Source: an uncultured virus (IMG/VR IMGVR_UViG_3300020469_000013) (Duplodnaviria; Heunggongvirae; Uroviricota; Caudoviricetes; Kyanoviridae). Taken from it: 64,000 nucleotides of DNA. Shown here in pieces: positions 36,612-45,893 of the stretch (position 1 is the stretch's first letter; every line of letters begins with the position of its first letter). Location of the stretch: IMG/VR virus record IMGVR_UViG_3300020469_000013; one strand, given 5' to 3'. Made by a program: the position numbers and the translations under genes. The notes below the pieces were generated by a model, which made no database searches, was not told the origin of the DNA, and saw only the letters and a program-made list of their open reading frames with translations.

Positions 36612-37775
36612 ATGAAGAATACCCATCTTGAACACCTAGAAGACGAAATCCTCAATGCTGGCACTGCTGGTGGATTTAGTGTCGTTTCTGTACTCAGATC
36701 ATTTGGTAATATGCTTACAGGCAGTAAGTCTGATTTAAGTGTTAGTACCAAGTGGGATGGTGCTCCTGCAATTATTTGTGGCACAGATCCTGTTACTGGC
36801 AAATTCTTTGTTGGTACTAAATCAGTATTCAATAAGGTTACACCTAAAATATGTTATGACGATGTAGATATTGATCGTTTCTATCAAGCAGAGATACTTC
36901 GTAATAAGTTAAAGGATTGTCTTAAGTATCTTTCTCAATTAAATATCAAAGGTATTATTCAAGGAGACTTACTATTCTCATCAGGAGATAAGAGATATGC
37001 TAATATTGGTGGACATAGAGTTATTACATTTAATCCTAATGCTATTACCTATGCAGTATCATGCAAATCAAGTCAAGGTATGGCAGTAGAGAAAGCAAAG
37101 ATTGGTATTGTATTCCATACAGTATATCAGGGTAGCACAATACAGGACTGTAAGGCAGTATATAAAGCACCATTATTTGTAGGAACTGAAGATATATTCA
37201 TCCCCAATGCTAACTTTAAGGATGCTCAAGGTATTAGTCGTTTTGATAATACTCAGAAGATCAAGTATATTGCTACTATCAATCGTGCAGAAGGTTCACT
37301 CAAGAGAGCATCAAGGTTTCTTGATATCATGCAGAGTCATGGACAGTCAAGGTTCTTAATGCCAATACTATTCAAGCAGTTCTTTAATCAACAGATTCGT
37401 AGTGGCAAAAGTATTCTAAACACTAGAAGGACAGTTGCACAGTTTGCTAAGTTTTATTCTGACAGATTAGATGCAGAAATGAATGCTAAAACAAGTGTTA
37501 AAGGTAAAGAGAGATATAAACAGATGAAGTTAGAGGGTCTCAACTTTATTGCTAGGTATCAGAATGAGATATATTTTACATTTGCATCATACATTTCTAT
37601 TCGTGATGCCAAGAGAATGGTCATAGCACAGTTAAATAAGGTTGGTCAGATAAGAACATATATAGGAAGCACACCAACAACTCCAGAAGGATATGTTGTT
37701 TCTACTAACAACTATGCTATCAAGTTTGTTGATGATGACTTTAGGAAAGCAAACATTCTCTTTGGAATACAATGA
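36612..37775 (+). CDS. DUF6267-like protein with KxDG (ligase-type nucleotidyltransferase) motif
   Basis: MKNTHLEHLED, TKWDGAPA, FFVGTKSVFNK, QGDLLF, PEGYV, KFVD. Confidence 0.7.
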   Translation: MKNTHLEHLEDEILNAGTAGGFSVVSVLRSFGNMLTGSKSDLSVSTKWDGAPAIICGTDPVTGKFFVGTKSVFNKVTPKICYDDVDIDRFYQAEILRNKLKDCLKYLSQLNIKGIIQGDLLFSSGDKRYANIGGHRVITFNPNAITYAVSCKSSQGMAVEKAKIGIVFHTVYQGSTIQDCKAVYKAPLFVGTEDIFIPNANFKDAQGISRFDNTQKIKYIATINRAEGSLKRASRFLDIMQSHGQSRFLMPILFKQFFNQQIRSGKSILNTRRTVAQFAKFYSDRLDAEMNAKTSVKGKERYKQMKLEGLNFIARYQNEIYFTFASYISIRDAKRMVIAQLNKVGQIRTYIGSTPTTPEGYVVSTNNYAIKFVDDDFRKANILFGIQ

Positions 37776-39079
37776 AAAAGATTGCTGTAATTGGTGCAGG
37801 TGTTATTGGTATTAATTCTATTCTACAATTGATAGAAGAACGAACCAAGGCAGATACAGAGAATGATTATAAAATCGTGTGGATATATGATACATCAGTG
37901 GACATATTTGGTATTGGAGAGTCAACAACACCATCTTTATCAGGACAAATTGCTAGTCCACCATCATATTTGAGATATGATTCTAAAGATTATTTTGATG
38001 CCACTATCAAGTTTGGTAATAGATTTGTAGGATGGGGTAAAAATGGTGGAGACTTCACCAGATATTTTCCTATGAGTACTGCTGCTATTCATTTTGATAC
38101 CAGATTATTCAGTAGTTTCTTTATTGAGCATTTAACTAATGAGAGTTGCTATAACTTTGAAGCAAGAGATACTAAGATAAAGTCAATATCTTTCGATCAA
38201 GATCCTATAGGTGGGCATTGCTTTGGTGTTGTTGTTGATGGTGAGGTATTTGATTTTGTATTAGATTGTAGTGGTGGCAGATCACTGGTAAATGATGATT
38301 ATTATTTTGATTCACCTTTTGAAACATGTAATACAGTTCTTGCTACTAGATTACCAGAACCTGCAGACTGGGGTTATACATTAACACAAACTACTAGAAA
38401 TGGTTGGATGTTTGGAATTCCATTGCAGAGTAGGAGAACTTATGGTTATGCATATAATTCAAATCTAACTTCAGAAGAGGAAGCACAACAAGAGTTTAGA
38501 AGTTTAGTACCTCAGGATGGATATCAATATAATAAGTTTACTTGGAAATCTAGATTCTCTAACTATCTAATGCATCATAGTGGTAGATATGCTCGTAATG
38601 GTAATGCGTTGGGATTTCTTGACCCACTTGAAGCGTTGGCAGGTATGTATTATGATAATGTGACAGATAAGATGGCAAGTTATGCTCTTGGCGATACATA
38701 TAATAATATAGACCTTGTTAATAATATCAACAGTTGGTATTATGAGGAGGTTGTTGGGGATTGGTTATTAAATTCTGCATGGATGTATCATTTTGGTTCA
38801 GAACATGACACCCCATTCTGGCAACAAATCCAGAAAAATGCTAGAGACATATTAAATAATAAGGAGATAAATCCTTGTCGTTTAATAAGTGATGAACAAA
38901 CATTTACAGATGATTTGTTTAATATTATAGGTGATGACCCAGAAATGAAAAAGTTATTTGTTAACGATCTTCTTGATGTTGAGTTTACTTTCGATTTCTG
39001 TCGTGACTACTATAATTTCAGTTCATTTACTAGAGGAATGAGTGCAGATTATGCTAACAAGTTTCCTACATTTACATAA
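37772..39079 (+). CDS. Flavin-dependent (tryptophan-halogenase family) halogenase
   Basis: VIGAGVIG, GIGESTTP, ATIKFG, HFD, DCSG, GWMFGIPL, FLDPLEA, TPFW. Confidence 0.85.
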   Translation: MKKIAVIGAGVIGINSILQLIEERTKADTENDYKIVWIYDTSVDIFGIGESTTPSLSGQIASPPSYLRYDSKDYFDATIKFGNRFVGWGKNGGDFTRYFPMSTAAIHFDTRLFSSFFIEHLTNESCYNFEARDTKIKSISFDQDPIGGHCFGVVVDGEVFDFVLDCSGGRSLVNDDYYFDSPFETCNTVLATRLPEPADWGYTLTQTTRNGWMFGIPLQSRRTYGYAYNSNLTSEEEAQQEFRSLVPQDGYQYNKFTWKSRFSNYLMHHSGRYARNGNALGFLDPLEALAGMYYDNVTDKMASYALGDTYNNIDLVNNINSWYYEEVVGDWLLNSAWMYHFGSEHDTPFWQQIQKNARDILNNKEINPCRLISDEQTFTDDLFNIIGDDPEMKKLFVNDLLDVEFTFDFCRDYYNFSSFTRGMSADYANKFPTFT

Positions 39080-39082
39080 CTT

Positions 39083-40468
39083 ATGACTAGAAAAATTGCT
39101 ATTATTGGTGGTACTGATGCAGTACAAGTATTATTGAATTGCGTGTCACATAGAGATACTCTTGAAGGAGTATATCAGGACGATGAAATAGTTTGGATTC
39201 GTGATTGTTCTCATATTATTGATGACTATGGGATACAAACTGAATCCGAGTGGGGAGAAATACTTGGAGAGAATACTACATTAAGTACAGTACATCTATC
39301 AAGATTGTTAGATGGTAAACAGAAGTGGGGTAAAAAGTTTATTGGGTTTGGTAATATAACACCTCATAATTTCTATGTAATGTATGAACCAACTCATGTA
39401 GGTTGGCACTTAAATGGTAGAAAACTTGTAGATTTATTTTGGAATAGTTATACCAATACTGCAAAAAATGTAAGAATGATTGATAGTCATGTAGAATATA
39501 TTGATGTACAACAAGATCATGTTAAAATACTTGGAGAACAGTATGATTTTGTAATTGATTGTACTAGAGGTGCAATATGGGATCATAATTCTTATAGTGA
39601 AGCATTATATAAACCAACAAATGCAACTCTAACTGTTAATAAAAAGGTAGAGGGTAAATGGAATTACACTGCACATATTGCAGGTAAACATGGATATTTA
39701 ACAGGCATCCCCATTAAAGATGCTCAAACATGGATATATTCATATGATAAGAATTTAACAACACTTGATGATGCTATTAAAGATTTCAATGAGCATTGTG
39801 AAATAAGTGTAGGTGAGTTGCCAAAAGCAATAGAATATGATAATATGTTATCAGATTATTGTATTCATTCTAATAACAGATATGCAAGATGTGGTCGTGC
39901 GTTGGGGTTTAATGATGAGTTAAACAACTTTAAAAACTATCTTGAAGGAGACATAGCAGAAGCAATAGCAGAGTATTTGTTTCAAGATCCTGAGAGACAA
40001 CAGACAGAATATCAAAGATTAGATGTGGAAGATAGATATGAAGATGGCAAAATTGATTGTGCTGCATCTTTAGGTTTCTATCTACAGGAAGGTTCTCAAT
40101 ATAAAACTAAGTTCTGGGAACAAACTAGAACTAATGCATGTTTATGTTTAGAGAACAGAGAATATTTTGATATATCCACAAATCTCATACAACATGAGTA
40201 TCTTAAAATGAATGAACTTATACCTATACATGAGAACATTCGTTTAGATTATTTTAGGAGACTATCCGAAGATGAGCAGCGTTTAAGACAAAAACAAACT
40301 GCTGTATCTGATGAACCTTACAGATTGTTAGGAAATTATCAGATATTTACTGAAACTATTAATGGTCTCGGTTCACCTTATGCTCACCTATTCCCACTAA
40401 TGACTGAATTATTACCACCAACATCCGAACCGTTCGGAGAAATCAACCTCGACCCAATAACATGGTAG
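39083..40468 (+). CDS. Divergent halogenase-family protein
   Basis: Colinear with upstream paralogue (IAIIGG, KQKWG, YDFVIDC, GYLTGIPI, RYARCGRALGF, TKFW) but motifs degenerate. Confidence 0.7.
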   Translation: MTRKIAIIGGTDAVQVLLNCVSHRDTLEGVYQDDEIVWIRDCSHIIDDYGIQTESEWGEILGENTTLSTVHLSRLLDGKQKWGKKFIGFGNITPHNFYVMYEPTHVGWHLNGRKLVDLFWNSYTNTAKNVRMIDSHVEYIDVQQDHVKILGEQYDFVIDCTRGAIWDHNSYSEALYKPTNATLTVNKKVEGKWNYTAHIAGKHGYLTGIPIKDAQTWIYSYDKNLTTLDDAIKDFNEHCEISVGELPKAIEYDNMLSDYCIHSNNRYARCGRALGFNDELNNFKNYLEGDIAEAIAEYLFQDPERQQTEYQRLDVEDRYEDGKIDCAASLGFYLQEGSQYKTKFWEQTRTNACLCLENREYFDISTNLIQHEYLKMNELIPIHENIRLDYFRRLSEDEQRLRQKQTAVSDEPYRLLGNYQIFTETINGLGSPYAHLFPLMTELLPPTSEPFGEINLDPITW

Positions 40469-40842
40469 AAACTCTAATTAAGGAATTCCCCCTTACAGAC
40501 ATAGGAGGTCAAATGACAGAAGAAAGAATAAAAAAGTATACCTACACTAAGGAAGAGGTGGATAGGATGATTGCTCATGCAGTCGAGGTTGCGGTAGCAG
40601 AAGCACAACGGATTGATGAAGAGTCAATGCGTAAACATAATCGTGATGCTACTGTTATTAGTATGATATTAGGGTTTACCGCACTCGCACTATTCGTTGA
40701 TGGTTTGCTAAGATTGTTAGGTATCATTCCACCATTCATGCACATTGACATCGATGTACTTGATAAAATTGTAGAGAGAGTTGAAGTGGATGTGATAGAT
40801 AAAATAAAACAAGTACCCATACAAAAACTTTTACATCGTTAA
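40462..40842 (+). CDS. Hypothetical membrane protein
   Basis: KHNRDATVISMILGFTALALFVDGLLRLLGIIPPF. Confidence 0.7.
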   Translation: MVETLIKEFPLTDIGGQMTEERIKKYTYTKEEVDRMIAHAVEVAVAEAQRIDEESMRKHNRDATVISMILGFTALALFVDGLLRLLGIIPPFMHIDIDVLDKIVERVEVDVIDKIKQVPIQKLLHR

Positions 40843-40844
40843 TT

Positions 40845-41132
40845 ATGATCTCATTTTTATTCTCAATGGCAAGTCTATTGAATCTGTTATTTTACATTTA
40901 TGCTATTGGTTTTCTAATCTCACTAGGATTAGAACAGTTGATCAAGGTTAGACCTCTATCCGTTGATGAATCAATGAATGAGAGAAACAACTACATAGTC
41001 CAGAACAACAGAAAATACTGTTGGAGACAGGCATGGGTTGTAAACATCAACTGGTTTGCATGTAATGTAGGTTTATATTTTATTTCAAGGAACATGGCAT
41101 CCCCAGTAGATACATTCTGGAATGGTATGTAA
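40845..41132 (+). CDS. Hypothetical membrane protein
   Basis: ORF track; two hydrophobic segments. Confidence 0.65.
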   Translation: MISFLFSMASLLNLLFYIYAIGFLISLGLEQLIKVRPLSVDESMNERNNYIVQNNRKYCWRQAWVVNINWFACNVGLYFISRNMASPVDTFWNGM

Positions 41133-41203
41133 TATATGTGGTATATTATATTTTGGACACTATTAACAATTTACATTTTAAAACAAGTAGGAGTATTTAA
41201 AAA

Positions 41204-41467
41204 ATGATCTTTCTATCATGCCCACCTGTATATCATTTACCAGGAACATGGACTAAGTGCAAAACACCTCTAATCAATCATCTTAATCTTACACCCGATC
41301 AAGGATTTATATTATTCTTTGGTTTACTTGTCTTCTCGTTAATTGTTTATGGACTTTACAATACATTTGGTGCAGGGAAGAAAAATTTGAAAGATCAGAT
41401 AGATGAACACGCTAAAATGCATGAACTAGGAATTGCACATGGACATTCACCTAAAAAGAATCGATGA
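41204..41467 (+). CDS. PsbN-like protein
   Basis: TM helix then YGLYNTFG....LKDQIDEH, resembling PsbN YALYTAFG..S..LRDPFEEH. Confidence 0.55.
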   Translation: MIFLSCPPVYHLPGTWTKCKTPLINHLNLTPDQGFILFFGLLVFSLIVYGLYNTFGAGKKNLKDQIDEHAKMHELGIAHGHSPKKNR

Positions 41468-41685
41468 AATTCGACCCTAACAGTATCCCATTAAGGAATA
41501 CCGCACAAGAATTTGAATATGAGAAAATATCAAGAGAGATTGATAGGTGTGATGATGTAGAGGAATTGCAGAATATGTGTAAGTTTCTACTCAAGTTAGA
41601 AATGAAAACTAGGGAGACATATAGTATTATGATTGCTGATACTATTGAAGCAATGAATTCGGACATACCACAGGACAATTTGTAA
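41464..41685 (+). CDS. NblA-like phycobilisome degradation protein (tentative)
   Basis: L...QEFEYEKISREI..C.D.EEL......LKL...RE.Y helix-loop-helix pattern. Confidence 0.45.
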   Translation: MKFDPNSIPLRNTAQEFEYEKISREIDRCDDVEELQNMCKFLLKLEMKTRETYSIMIADTIEAMNSDIPQDNL

Positions 41686-41729
41686 AGTGTACACTAGGTG
41701 GTTGTCAGACCTATTGAATCGTGTATAAT
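41671..41729 (+). promoter_or_regulatory. Early-type promoter, copy 2
   Basis: CAGGACAATT-TGTA-AAGTGTACAC, 29 nt, TATAAT. Confidence 0.7.
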
Positions 41730-41730
41730 A

Positions 41731-41990
41731 GAAGAGCGAAACAGTTAAGGGTTCATCTACTCTAACAGTTTTGAGAATGGGCAAACGCAAGGCAAGGGTA
41801 GGGAATCAATTCAGAAGCGTCTTTGATCGCACACTGTGGAAAACCTTTTAAGACGAACCTCTTGTACTCACAGTTTGAAACTGTCAACTTAGTTGCATGA
41901 GTTTTGAAGTTGTAAGTCCCACTCTCAAACAAGAAGTAGAGACATGACGATGAATTAAAATTACATTCCCCTTAATGTTTCGCCCACTCT
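41731..41990 (+). ncRNA. Unassigned structured RNA, about 255 nt
   Basis: Nested long-range complementarities (GCGAAACA/TGTTTCGC, TTAAGGG/CCCTTAA, TCTACT/AGTAGA, TTTGAGA.TGGG/CCCA.TCTCAAA, CGTCTT/AAGACG, ACTCA/TGAGT); starts right after a -10 box; no convincing ORF. Confidence 0.65.
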
Positions 41991-42006
41991 TTATATACAA
42001 CATTAC

Positions 42007-42141
42007 ATGAACAAGTTCAGCATGAAAAACACTAAGACTGAATTGCTTAGTGCTATCAAGCAAGACTCAAATGTATTAGAAGAGAGAAACTTTCTAGCAT
42101 GGGCATTTTTCATAGTTCTAGCATGGGGTTTACTCTTCTAA
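42007..42141 (+). CDS. Small membrane-anchored protein (44 aa)
   Basis: Hand translation MNKFSMKNTKTELLSAIKQDSNVLEERNFLAWAFFIVLAWGLLF. Confidence 0.6.
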   Translation: MNKFSMKNTKTELLSAIKQDSNVLEERNFLAWAFFIVLAWGLLF

Positions 42142-42198
42142 GGACAATTAAATAACTGTAACAAGAGACATGCACATGTCTCTTTTTTATTGTAGAAT
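42140..42198 (+). promoter_or_regulatory. Early-type promoter, copy 3, with embedded terminator
   Basis: AAGGACAATT-AAAT-AACTGTAACA, 29 nt, TAGAAT; hairpin AAGAGACATG-CA-CATGTCTCTT-TTTT in the spacer. Confidence 0.65.
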
Positions 42199-42219
42199 TA
42201 GTATATACGAAACAAATCA

Positions 42220-42369
42220 ATGAATTCAGTAACAGCAGATCGCATCGCTGATGCACTTGAGAGAATTGCTAATGCACTAGAGCATTTCAACATAGAGCAT
42301 GCTCATATAGATGAGATAGACCATAATCATGTTGAAGGTGATGTAAACACACATAACAAAACATGGTAA
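42220..42369 (+). CDS. Small His-rich hypothetical protein (49 aa)
   Basis: Hand translation MNSVTADRIADALERIANALEHFNIEHAHIDEIDHNHVEGDVNTHNKTW. Confidence 0.6.
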   Translation: MNSVTADRIADALERIANALEHFNIEHAHIDEIDHNHVEGDVNTHNKTW

Positions 42370-43073
42370 TGAACTCAATACTAGCAGGGAAAAAAGCAAA
42401 AAGTGATGGACACAAATATGAAGAGATTTGTGTTGATCTTTTAAATGAACGATATGGTGGAGATCATCAAACTGATGGTCGTCCACAAACTAAGGTAGAT
42501 GTATATGACAATGAAGGAACTAACAAATATTCAGTAAAGAATGTATCTAAGAACCATACTCAAGTAGCATTATTATCAAGTAAGAAGTTTATAGATCATT
42601 TTGATCTTAGAGATAGTAATTGCGAATCTTTTATCAATATGTTCTTTGGATATCCTAATAAGGAATTAATATCTATTGTTGAGAGTATCCATCAAAACTT
42701 ATCACTTAGTGATGCTGAGATACGACAGAATAGAGTTTATAGAGATAATATATCCAATGATATTATTGATAGTTTCTTATTATTCATGAACTCTTACAAA
42801 CTAGAGATATTTGATATTATTGTAAGACGAGGATTTAATGGTGATAGTGTTAATCGTATAGTATGGAGAAATAAGATAACAAATAATGTTGATATCATAA
42901 ATGTTGATTCTCTAGTATCACTAATAGAAAATGGTTCATGGAAAATAAATAATACTACACTAGAGTTTAGAACTAGTGACAATTTCAAACTATTCCATTT
43001 ACAAATGAAAGGAAGCGGTAAAAAATATAATAGTGGTTATCATGGTATGATGTTTCATATGTATTGGAGGTAA
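42369..43073 (+). CDS. Putative restriction-endonuclease-like PD-(D/E)XK nuclease
   Basis: GHKYEE, KVDV, YSVKN, TQV, HLQMKGSG pattern. Confidence 0.55.
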   Translation: MNSILAGKKAKSDGHKYEEICVDLLNERYGGDHQTDGRPQTKVDVYDNEGTNKYSVKNVSKNHTQVALLSSKKFIDHFDLRDSNCESFINMFFGYPNKELISIVESIHQNLSLSDAEIRQNRVYRDNISNDIIDSFLLFMNSYKLEIFDIIVRRGFNGDSVNRIVWRNKITNNVDIINVDSLVSLIENGSWKINNTTLEFRTSDNFKLFHLQMKGSGKKYNSGYHGMMFHMYWR

Positions 43074-43158
43074 TATGAGAACAGATACCACACTTGAAGA
43101 GAAGGATGAAATATGGTATAATAATCAACATATACATCCAATAGCGAGAGAAGATGTA

Positions 43159-43217
43159 GTGGACAGTCAGGAAAGTGACTACAGACCTGCATATTGGCAA
43201 TAATTATACACTATAAT
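43159..43217 (+). promoter_or_regulatory. Early-type promoter, copy 4
   Basis: GTGGACAGTC-AGGA-AAGTGACTAC, 29 nt, TATAAT. Confidence 0.7.
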
Positions 43218-43244
43218 TAGAATATACGAAACATCATTAAATCA

Positions 43245-44519
43245 TTGATTACACTAAGACCTCATCAAGAACGAACACTTGACAAACTAAAACAGTTCGA
43301 TAAGGGTTGTGTGTATGTTCCTACTGGTGGTGGTAAGACTATCATCATGTTGGAAGATCTAGTGCAAAGATTAGAAACTGCTGCTGCTCCATTAACTGTT
43401 GTTATTGTTGCACCTCGTTTACTACTAGCAAATCAATTATGTTCTGAGTTTCTAGAGTATACTCAAGACAATGATAACATAGTTCTCAACGACAACTTAA
43501 ACATATTGCATGTACATAGTGGAGAGACATCTTTCGATTCATCTACTAAACCTCGTTACATTCATGAGTGGATAGTTGATAGACAATTTCAATTACAACA
43601 TCAAATCATATTTTCTACATATCACTCACTAGGCAGACTAGATGATGCTATGATAGATGTTGATATCATGTATTGTGATGAAGCACATAACGCAACTCAA
43701 AAAAATCATTTTGTTGGAGTTGCTGCTACTGCTACCAATGCAACTAACAGTTATTTCTTTACTGCTACACCAAAATATACTAGAGAAGTTAATGGTCGTG
43801 GTATGAATAACACCGATGTATTTGGTAATACATTAATTAGTGTACCAGCACCAGAATTAATTGAGAATGGTAGTATTATACCACCAAAACTAGTAGTTCA
43901 TGAAACAGATCATGTAAGAACTAAGAGAAATGCACATGATGTTGATCGTGAAATGGTATTAGAAATACTTGACGATTTAACAGAAGAGCAAAGTGCTAAA
44001 GTTTTAGTTGCTGCTCCTAATACTAGAATATTATGGAGAATGCTATCACAAACTAATCTTTTAGATGTCCTAAAACAATTAGGTTATGATGTATTACATA
44101 TTACATCAAAGCATGGTGCATATGTCAATGACAAAAAAGTTGGTCGTGATGTATTCTTTAATACTCTAACAGAGTGGGGTCGTGATGACAACAAAAAGTT
44201 TGTTGTATTTCATTACTCTATATTATCTGAAGGCATCAATGTTCCAGGATTAACTCATACAATACTATTGAGAAATCTACCTGTTATCGAAATGGCACAA
44301 ACGATAGGAAGAGTCATAAGACTACATAAAGATGATGCAGAAAATATTGCTAATGGCAATATTCCAGTTGGTAATTATCAATTATATCGTAAATCTCATG
44401 GAGTGGTTACAGTTCCGTTATGTGGTAAAGCATCACTCTCAACTAGGAATAGACTTCAGAAGATTATTGAATTAATCTTTGAAGATGGACTTCCTGCTCA
44501 CTCTTTCGCTAACTCTTAA
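43245..44519 (+). CDS. Superfamily 2 (DEAH-box) helicase
   Basis: LRPHQ, PTGGGKT, STYHSL, DEAH, FTATP, LSEGINVP, QTIGRVIR. Confidence 0.9.
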   Translation: MITLRPHQERTLDKLKQFDKGCVYVPTGGGKTIIMLEDLVQRLETAAAPLTVVIVAPRLLLANQLCSEFLEYTQDNDNIVLNDNLNILHVHSGETSFDSSTKPRYIHEWIVDRQFQLQHQIIFSTYHSLGRLDDAMIDVDIMYCDEAHNATQKNHFVGVAATATNATNSYFFTATPKYTREVNGRGMNNTDVFGNTLISVPAPELIENGSIIPPKLVVHETDHVRTKRNAHDVDREMVLEILDDLTEEQSAKVLVAAPNTRILWRMLSQTNLLDVLKQLGYDVLHITSKHGAYVNDKKVGRDVFFNTLTEWGRDDNKKFVVFHYSILSEGINVPGLTHTILLRNLPVIEMAQTIGRVIRLHKDDAENIANGNIPVGNYQLYRKSHGVVTVPLCGKASLSTRNRLQKIIELIFEDGLPAHSFANS

Positions 44520-44521
44520 CA

Positions 44522-44683
44522 ATGGCATTCCTACACACTATTTTTTATAAAGAAAACAATAGTGGTTCTATGTTAGAATCAACTATTATAGCAGCATCAC
44601 CTGATGACGCTAAAACTACATTCTTATCAACAAATCCTGATGCATATATTGATAAGATATTAACAACCGTACCTGCTAAGTAA
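44522..44683 (+). CDS. Small hypothetical protein (53 aa)
   Basis: Hand translation MAFLHTIFYKENNSGSMLESTIIAASPDDAKTTFLSTNPDAYIDKILTTVPAK. Confidence 0.6.
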   Translation: MAFLHTIFYKENNSGSMLESTIIAASPDDAKTTFLSTNPDAYIDKILTTVPAK

Positions 44684-44688
44684 ACATC

Positions 44689-44844
44689 ATGTTTTTTGAA
44701 ATTCGCAAACAAGAAGTCGTCTTCTATAGTCCAAACTTAGGACTTCAGAGTGTTATTGTAAATAGCAATAATCCTGATGGTGCTAGACAATTAATACTAG
44801 AACAATATGGTAATGTGGATATTAAGAGAGTTAACTCTCTATAG
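44689..44844 (+). CDS. Small hypothetical protein (51 aa)
   Basis: Hand translation MFFEIRKQEVVFYSPNLGLQSVIVNSNNPDGARQLILEQYGNVDIKRVNSL. Confidence 0.6.
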   Translation: MFFEIRKQEVVFYSPNLGLQSVIVNSNNPDGARQLILEQYGNVDIKRVNSL

Positions 44845-44902
44845 TGACAGTTCACAAAGAGGCACAAGCACCTGTCAAAAGGTGCTTTTTTATTGCTATA
44901 CT
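44843..44902 (+). promoter_or_regulatory. Early-type promoter, copy 5, with embedded terminator
   Basis: AGTGACAGTT-CACA-AAGAGGCACA, 30 nt, TATACT; AAGCACCT/AGGTGCTT-TTTT hairpin in spacer. Confidence 0.65.
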
Positions 44903-44928
44903 ATTAGTATAAACAAAGCAAATGAATT

Positions 44929-45423
44929 ATGCCAAACACACCACCAATGCAAATTGATGAACGAAATGTGAAATCAGCACCAACTGATGCTCAGGCAATA
45001 CAGGCAGATGTTCTCAACTATACAGAATTTCTAACTCAAATACTAGAGCAACATTATAGACAGTACCATAAAAACATGCTTACAGGCAATTCTTTAAGAT
45101 ACGAGGGAGAACTATCTCAGTATGCTAAAGATCAGTTGGCATCAATGGAAGATGGGACTGCAAATCTAATGAAGTTCAGAATACAAAAAGGTAAGAAATT
45201 CCTTAAAGTCATTCAACAAGAATTCGATACATTCCAAGATAGAAATGAGTATCGTGATGGAAGTGTTCATGCATTCATCGATAAAAACACTGGTGATGTA
45301 TACAAACCAGCAGGATGGAATGGTCGTGCAAAGCATGTAAGATACAACTTACTTGACCCTAAATCTCGTGAGTTATGTTACATCAATGCTGATTGGGTCG
45401 GTTCATATCTCTATCTAAGGTAA
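44929..45423 (+). CDS. Conserved cyanophage early-region hypothetical protein
   Basis: GKKFLKV, SVHAFIDK.TGDVYKPAGW...AKHVRYNL, ADW.GSYLY. Confidence 0.8.
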   Translation: MPNTPPMQIDERNVKSAPTDAQAIQADVLNYTEFLTQILEQHYRQYHKNMLTGNSLRYEGELSQYAKDQLASMEDGTANLMKFRIQKGKKFLKVIQQEFDTFQDRNEYRDGSVHAFIDKNTGDVYKPAGWNGRAKHVRYNLLDPKSRELCYINADWVGSYLYLR

Positions 45424-45483
45424 TACAAAATGATATCAATGTCAACCATAACTAAACAACAATTCATTCAAGGTGATTACACT

Positions 45484-45681
45484 ATGAACAATCTCGATCT
45501 TTTAAGTGATGTATTAGAGGACTTTTGTACTAAACATAATTTACCATTTATGAGTGCTGATGATCTATTATATGGTCATGTATATGCTGAAATCAATGGA
45601 CTAACCGAGTATCAACAAAACTGGTTAAACAATTACATCCAAGTGTGGGATTTAACTCAAGATCAGGGGATTACATCATGA
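45484..45681 (+). CDS. Hypothetical protein
   Basis: ORF track (internal ATG 45484); DFC.KHNLPFMSADDLL. Confidence 0.65.
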   Translation: MNNLDLLSDVLEDFCTKHNLPFMSADDLLYGHVYAEINGLTEYQQNWLNNYIQVWDLTQDQGITS

Positions 45682-45893
45682 GACAAGTTATTAATTATTC
45701 TTTTAGAATAGAAGTTGTAGGTGATACAGATGCACCAAATCCGTTGCATTTATGTGAAGAAATACAGGCATATCTCAATGCTCATGTATGCTTGGATGAT
45801 GGAGGAAGTGGTGAGTTCGCAGATGCTCAAGTAGTAGGATATCATGTTAAAAGAGATAATTTTACCCCATTTATTGCACAAGAGGAGTATTAA
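45678..45893 (+). CDS. Hypothetical protein
   Basis: ORF track (ATG 45678 overlapping previous stop). Confidence 0.6.
   Translation: MRQVINYSFRIEVVGDTDAPNPLHLCEEIQAYLNAHVCLDDGGSGEFADAQVVGYHVKRDNFTPFIAQEEY

Noticed and set aside
41731..41990. Retron msr-msd, group I intron or tRNA interpretation
   Set aside because: No reverse transcriptase in the window, not inside a gene, and no recognisable intron core or cloverleaf/T-loop
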